A DNA stretch of 64,000 nt, from assembly GCA_002269645.1 (NCBI GenBank), contig NIVC01000731.1, forward strand, positions 248,001 to 312,000, in the 5' to 3' direction. The DNA is from Macrostomum lignano (taxonomy: Eukaryota). Position 1 is the first letter of the stretch; each line of letters begins with the position of its first letter. The notes beneath the pieces were generated by a model, which saw only the letters and a list, made by a program, of their open reading frames with translations, was not told the DNA's origin and searched no databases. Shown here in pieces: positions 58,302 through 64,000 of this stretch. The translations under genes were made by a program, and so were the position numbers.

Positions 58302-60740
58302 CTACCGGGAGGCGAAAAATTGCTGAGCGACAGCCCGCAGCTCGGCCGCGACCCCGGGGTCCGTCACCCGCAGCAGCCGCCAGTCGTCCTCGGGGAGGCC
58401 GCTCGGTCCGAAGCCGATGCTAGGATGCTGGAAGGCACCCTCCGGTGGCGCCGGCGCTGGCGCGCTGGCTGAGGCGTGGAAGGCGCGGGTGCCGGTGTCG
58501 CGCAGGAGACCGGCCAGGTTGGCGCGGGTGACTCCGGCGCCCACCATGAGCTGGACGCGGCCGCCAGCGGCGCCGAGAATGGCGCCAATTTGGCGCAGAC
58601 AATCAACTCCGGCTGGCGCGGATTTGGCGCCACCGCTGGACAGCAGGCGGGTGAAAGCGGCCGGCAGGCGGTCGCGAATGTCGGCCGCGGCTTCCAGCGG
58701 GTCGCGAGAGGCGTCCACGGCGCGGTGGAAGGTGAAGGCGAGGCCTGGGGCGCGGGCTACCGGGAGAGGTCACGGGAGTTGAGACTGGGATTAATGTGTG
58801 ATCAGGCTGGGATTAAACATTGGTCAAACTCGGATCAAACTGGGATCAGGCTGGGATCAAACTGGGATCAAGCTGGGATCAAGTTGGGATCAGCCTTGGA
58901 TCAAGCTGGGATCAGACTGGGATCAAACTGGGATTAGGCTGGGATCAAACTGGGATCATGCTGGGATCAGACTGGGATCAAGCTGGGATCAGACTGGGAT
59001 CAAACTGGGATTAGGCTGGGATCAAACTGGGATCATGCTGGGATCAGACTGGGATCAAACTGGGATCAAACTGGGATCAGACTGGATAAAACTAGGATCA
59101 AACTTTGGTCAAACTGGGATCAAACTGGGATCATGCTGGGATCAGACTGGGATCAAACTGGGATCAAACTGGGATCAGACTGGATAAAACTAGGATCAAA
59201 CTTTGGTCAAACTGGGATCAAGTTGAGATCAGCCTTGGATCAACCTACGCTCAACCAGGGATCGAACTGGGATAAAAGTGGGATCAAACTGGAAAGGAAT
59301 GAAACTGGGATATCCGGGTCACTGTCAGGCTCTGAGCACCCTTCCATACCGCAAACGGCCGCGCAGGCGTCAACGTCAACTCGACCCTCCAGGGTCAGCG
59401 CTCCGAAGACCAGGCCATCCGCGCCAGCTCTGGCAAAGTGCGCGGCGTCGATGCCCGCCACTTCCAACTCTGCGGCTGAATAGACAAAGTGGCCAGGCCG
59501 CGGCCGCAGCATGGGGAAGACTGGGATCTGGACAGCTTTGCGCACCGATTCAAACAGGCCATGCGAGGGTGTCAGGCCACCCAGCACCAGGGCTGAGCAC
59601 AGCTCGATGCGGTCTGCGCCACCAGCCTCTGCCGCGATGGCACCCTCCAGACTATCAACACAGACCTCGAATTCAAAGGCTGTTGAAGGATCCTGCAATT
59701 ATCGTTGCACAGGACTCCATATTTTCAAACAAATTTTATGGCTTGTAGACTGAAATTTTCTAAACTTTATTAAATAGTGCAATTAACCACTGGGGTCTTT
59801 AAGTATTACTAAGTAATTGTCAAAGAGTGTTGTTCAGCTTTATTTCAGACTAATCTTAATAAAAAATTACTTTGTCTATGAGCATTTTCATTAAAAACAA
59901 TGAAATCAACCCACAGTAAATTAGTGAAAGCCATTAGTCAAAGTAACTAAGTTTTATATATATTAATAAATTTGTTTTTAGTAAATTTGTATTAATTATT
60001 TTGTTTCTTTAAGCTTTGTACTCTAAAATTAAAAAATAATCAAAGCTTAGATTCTTTGAAAACATGTACTAGAGAAGGGCAATTATTTGAAGAATTGCTA
60101 ATCTAAAATCTAGAGTCAGCTAGAAATATATAGTATGCATATATTACAAACAGTGATGCAGATAATTTAATTTGGGGGGGGGCATTAAGTACCTAGATGG
60201 GGTTTTTGATAAGCAGAAAATTTTTCTCTTGCAGGGGTATGGGAGGATTTCACCATGCAGAATTTTAATGGGGTGGGGTAACTTTTACTACAGAATTTCG
60301 GGGACAGGCCTGCTAGCCACCATAACTGTGCCACTGATTAAAAATGAAACCTTTACAGCTTTAGTTTTATTTTGCTGCACTGCCGGAGGCACTGTCGGAT
60401 CTATAGCCTTTAGAAAACGGGTTCCGGTGCTGGAACTCTAGCAATTGCCTTCATGATAACATCTAAATGAAATAATATTCAAAAATCATATATTCAAAGA
60501 TTTGCTCATTTTTCATTCTGAACAGATAGTTTTTTAACACATAGAAAATGCTAATTTATCAATAGATACTACTTAGTCGCAAACTGTCATATTTACTATC
60601 GAACGCTGCAGAACATGCCAGTAAATTAAAACTAAAGTGAGCGTAGTCTTGGAAAATAAGTATTTCATATTTTCAGCAATAGGAAAAGTATAACCAAAAC
60701 AATAAAACTTACTAACTGTAGTAGGAGCTTTCTGGCTCAT
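58302..60740 (-). CDS. CUTC: Copper homeostasis protein CutC homolog; exons 59692-59350 and 58756-58302, with a tentative start exon 60740-60717 (MSQKAPTT)
   Basis: EVCVDS...[60 protein letters not shown] and FHASA are CutC motifs. The phase-1 intron is consistent. The start exon is a guess based on a phase-0 GTTAGT donor. Confidence 0.9.
58790..59310. repeat. 11-bp minisatellite (CTGGGATCAAA)n in the CutC intron
   Basis: Tandem repeats between donor 59349 and acceptor 58757. Confidence 0.93.
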
Positions 60741-62431
60741 ATGCCACGGTCAGCAAGCCGACTGAAGTTAACGTGTGTATTAGTTACATAGTAGTTAGTT
60801 TTTTATGTCAAAGTGAGGAAACAGGTTTCAGACTTGCTGATCGTTTTGCTGGTGCATCTAACTCATTCCCTCCGAAGAGTCAACTGATTTAAGTCAGCGC
60901 CACAAAAAACTTTGATCTTATCCAAGTAAATTTTGGACAGTGGCGTTGCCCGGGGGAACGGGGGGCGTGTTCCCACAGTAAAAGCAAGGACCACTGTATA
61001 TAGTTATATGCAGTTGCCAGTTGGTCCTTGAGTAAAAGCTATATTGCCATGTCCCCCACCCCGTCAATGCAAATTAGGACACATTTTGGGAATCAATAAA
61101 TTTGCTTCAGGGCACCAAAATATAGCGCCTTTGGCGCCAAAATGAGTGTCAAATGATATGTATAAATTTAGTCATTTATAGTTCTTGTCTTTGTCTCCAA
61201 CCATAGAATTTATGGCGACGTCCTGTTGATTTATAATAATATACTAGCCGAGGTATATTAGCCGAGAAAACTGTCTGATAGCATCAAATACAATAACTTT
61301 ACTCAATAATTTTATAGTAACATAAAACCATTCAATTAGTTTAATTGTTACTATGTTGCTTAAACCTTCCATAGTAATCAAAGTATTTGTTTATCTGATT
61401 CAACGTAATAGTTTCTCACGAAAACATTCCTAGGGTCTGAAATTTGACTTTTTGTTACGACATCAAATTCTAAAACTTGAAAAAAACACGTAATTTTCAC
61501 GACTACAGCTTTAATGTAGAATGAGCAGATTAGATTGCTTTGCATTTTATATGTCGTGGTTATAGACTTTTGTTTTGTACTGTTTTGGATATAATTTAAC
61601 TTTTTTCATTAAGAGAAAGTCAATAAAATAAAAATGTATATTCCATTAAGAATTCTTCTCCCAAAATATATTCGACATCCATTCTTAACGATTAAAGTGA
61701 TTTTCATAAAATAATAATAAATAGATAGCTAAACTCTAGGTTTATCAAAATCTAGACTTTAAAATTTACTTTAGTTAAAAATGATCCATTATATTTATAT
61801 GAATATTTGCAATTTATTCACATAAATCTATTCGCATAATCACATAATTTTGTCCTTGAAATATATAAATATGTATTCTATTGATACCTAGTATTAACTT
61901 GCAGTTTAGAAAAATTTCAATAACGACTTATTAAAATTTCTAAAAACTCAATTTCTAACAATGATACTTGTACAAATAAGTTAATGTTGTTAACAGACCT
62001 CAGCTTTATACTAAGTTATATGCTATGACTTATAATGAAATATGATGCAGTGACAAGTTATATATCAATTCATTTTTTATATACTTTTTTATTAAAATAG
62101 CTTATGATGTATTAGAAATTGTCATTAGCTAATCCCTTATAAAATTACTTTGTCAAGGTATTTCCATATTCAACTGTAATTGACTGCCAATCAAGTATCA
62201 TAATGCCAATGGCCTCTTAGGACTTTAAAGCAAATTATGTAGTGTTCTGTTTTGTAAAAAAATTATTTGCAAATGGGTTTGCTATTGTTTAAGTATATTT
62301 ATTTCTACCTAATCTACATAATCTATTGTCTTACTTGTACTTTATATGGCCATTGAAATCAAATATATACATCTGCAAGTTGGCGAAACCACTCGGTCAA
62401 TTAACTAATCCAGCGCTCAGCCCAGCCCAGC

Positions 62432-63238
62432 ATGGCCTCCGCTGTTGCCCAGCCCGCTGCTCCGCCTGCAGCAGCCTCCGATGACGACGTCCTTCACCTG
62501 CTGTTTAACCAGGCCGACGGCATTCTGGCCTGCGACCAGCCCCCGGCAGCGGGCGTCCCTCAGATCGACCTTCTCGGCGACTCCGCCTTCGACCCGCTGC
62601 CCGACCTCAGCCTGCAGTCGCAGCCGTCGCCGCCCGACAGTCAGGGCAGCGGCGGCGGCAGCAGCAGCGGCTTCGCCAGCTTCACCGGCGGTGGCTCCTC
62701 GGCTGGCGGCAGCGGCGAGAACCTGCTGAACTTCGACCTGGACTCCTTCCTGTCCGGTGCGGAGGCCCTGGACCACGCCAGCTACGAGCTCGGCCCGCTG
62801 CCCGACCCCACCGGCCACTCGCCGGGCGGCCCCCTGCGCGGCGGCAGCGGCGCCGGCGGTGGCGGTGGCGTCGCTGCTGGTGGCGGCGTCAGCGGCGGCA
62901 AGCGGCGTAAGCGGCAGCTCGCCCAGCTGCCCTACTCCATCGGCGACCTTGAGGACGACGACCTCGCGCTGTACAGCGGCGGCGGTGGCGGCGGCATCTG
63001 GGATGATGCCGAGGATGACGACGGTCTGGAAAGCGGCGGAGGCATCGGCGCCAAGCCAGAGGGCCAGCCTGGCGAGCCGCTGCTGCTGACGGCTGAGGAG
63101 CAGCGCGTGGCCCGACAGCTCGGCGCCGTCCTGCCGAGCCACTTCCCGCTGACCCGGGAGGAGCTGCAGATCCTGCGAACCGTCAGGCGGAAAATTCGCA
63201 ATAAAATTTCGGCTAAGAATAGCCGGGCCAAGAAGCAG
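62432..63238 (+). CDS. CREB3-family bZIP transcription factor, first coding exon (gene continues beyond the window)
   Basis: Acidic/Gly-rich N-terminus, then LLLTAEEQRVARQLGAVLPSHFPLTREELQILRTVRRKIRNKISAKNSRAKKQ, matching the CREB3/OASIS adjacent-to-bZIP plus basic region. Phase-0 donor at 63239. Confidence 0.85.
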
Positions 63239-64000
63239 GTGTGACACCCTGACCCACTGTGTGACAACCTGACCCTTTTTGTCACACCCTGACCCACTGT
63301 GTGACAACCTGACCCACTGTGTGACAACCTGACCCACTGTGTGACACCCTGACCCACTGTGTGACACCCTGACCCATTGTGTGACACCCTGACCCTTTGT
63401 GTGACACCCTGACCCACTGTGTGACACCCTGACCCTTTGTGTGACAACCTGACCCACTGTGTGACACCCTGACCCACTGTGTGAAACCCTGACCCACTGT
63501 GTGACACCTGACCCACTGTGTGACACCTGACCCACTGTGTGACACCTGACCCACTGTGTGACAACCTGACTCACTGTGTGACACCTGACCCACTGTGTGA
63601 CACCTGACCCACAGTGTGACAACCTGACTCACTGTGTGACACCTGACCCACTGTGTGACACCCTGACTCACTGTGTGACACCTGACCCACTGTGTGACAC
63701 CCTGACCCACTGTGTGACAACCTGACTCACTGTGTGACACCTGACCCACTGTGTGACACCCTGACCCACTGTGTGACAACCTGACTCACTGTGTGACACC
63801 TGACCCACTGTGTGACACCCTGACCCACTGTGTGACAACCTGACTCACTGTGTGATACCTGACCCACAGTGTGACAACCTGACTCACTGTGTGACACCTG
63901 ACCCACTGTGTGACACCCTGACCCACTGTGTGACAACCTGACTCACTGTGTGACACCTGACCCACTGTGTGACACCCTGACCCACTGTGTGAAACCCTGA
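63239..64000. repeat. 19-20-bp minisatellite (GTGTGACACCCTGACCCACT)n beginning exactly at the bZIP intron donor
   Basis: The first unit's GT is the splice donor; the array runs to the window end. Confidence 0.97.

Overview
Animal (eukaryotic) genomic DNA, not prokaryotic. It has GC-rich exons, GT-AG introns that are mostly filled by minisatellites, and AT-rich intergenic DNA. This texture suggests a Macrostomum-like flatworm, which is inference only. Genes reconstructed by hand, in order: three tandem intronless SLC22/organic-cation-transporter-like genes (the first carries a 1-nt frameshift); a 3-exon FKBP11-like ER membrane PPIase; a 2-exon galanin/allatostatin-A-type rhodopsin GPCR with an 11-codon first exon; IFT46 (minus strand); a ZAK/MAP3K20-like kinase with a SAM domain; a secreted fibrinogen-related (FReD) protein gene with two apparent 1-nt frameshifts; CutC (minus strand); and the first coding exon of a CREB3-family bZIP factor. 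The rest comprises two tRNA-derived CORE/Meta-type SINEs, several MITEs, LINE and Helitron remnants, and about 20 distinct mini/microsatellite arrays. The most notable observations are: (1) a duplicated, frame-enforced mutually exclusive exon pair in the IFT46 N-terminus; (2) sharply bounded CpG-erased blocks at the 5' ends of genes, confirmed by CpG->TpG/CpA decay in one SINE copy; (3) introns made of gene-private minisatellites whose units resemble the splice signals; (4) a patchwork of gene conversion among the SLC22 paralogues; (5) inverted minisatellite arrays flanking GPCR exon 1. No CRISPR array, rRNA or intact tRNA gene was found. Many long ORFs in the supplied track are repeat or antisense artefacts.
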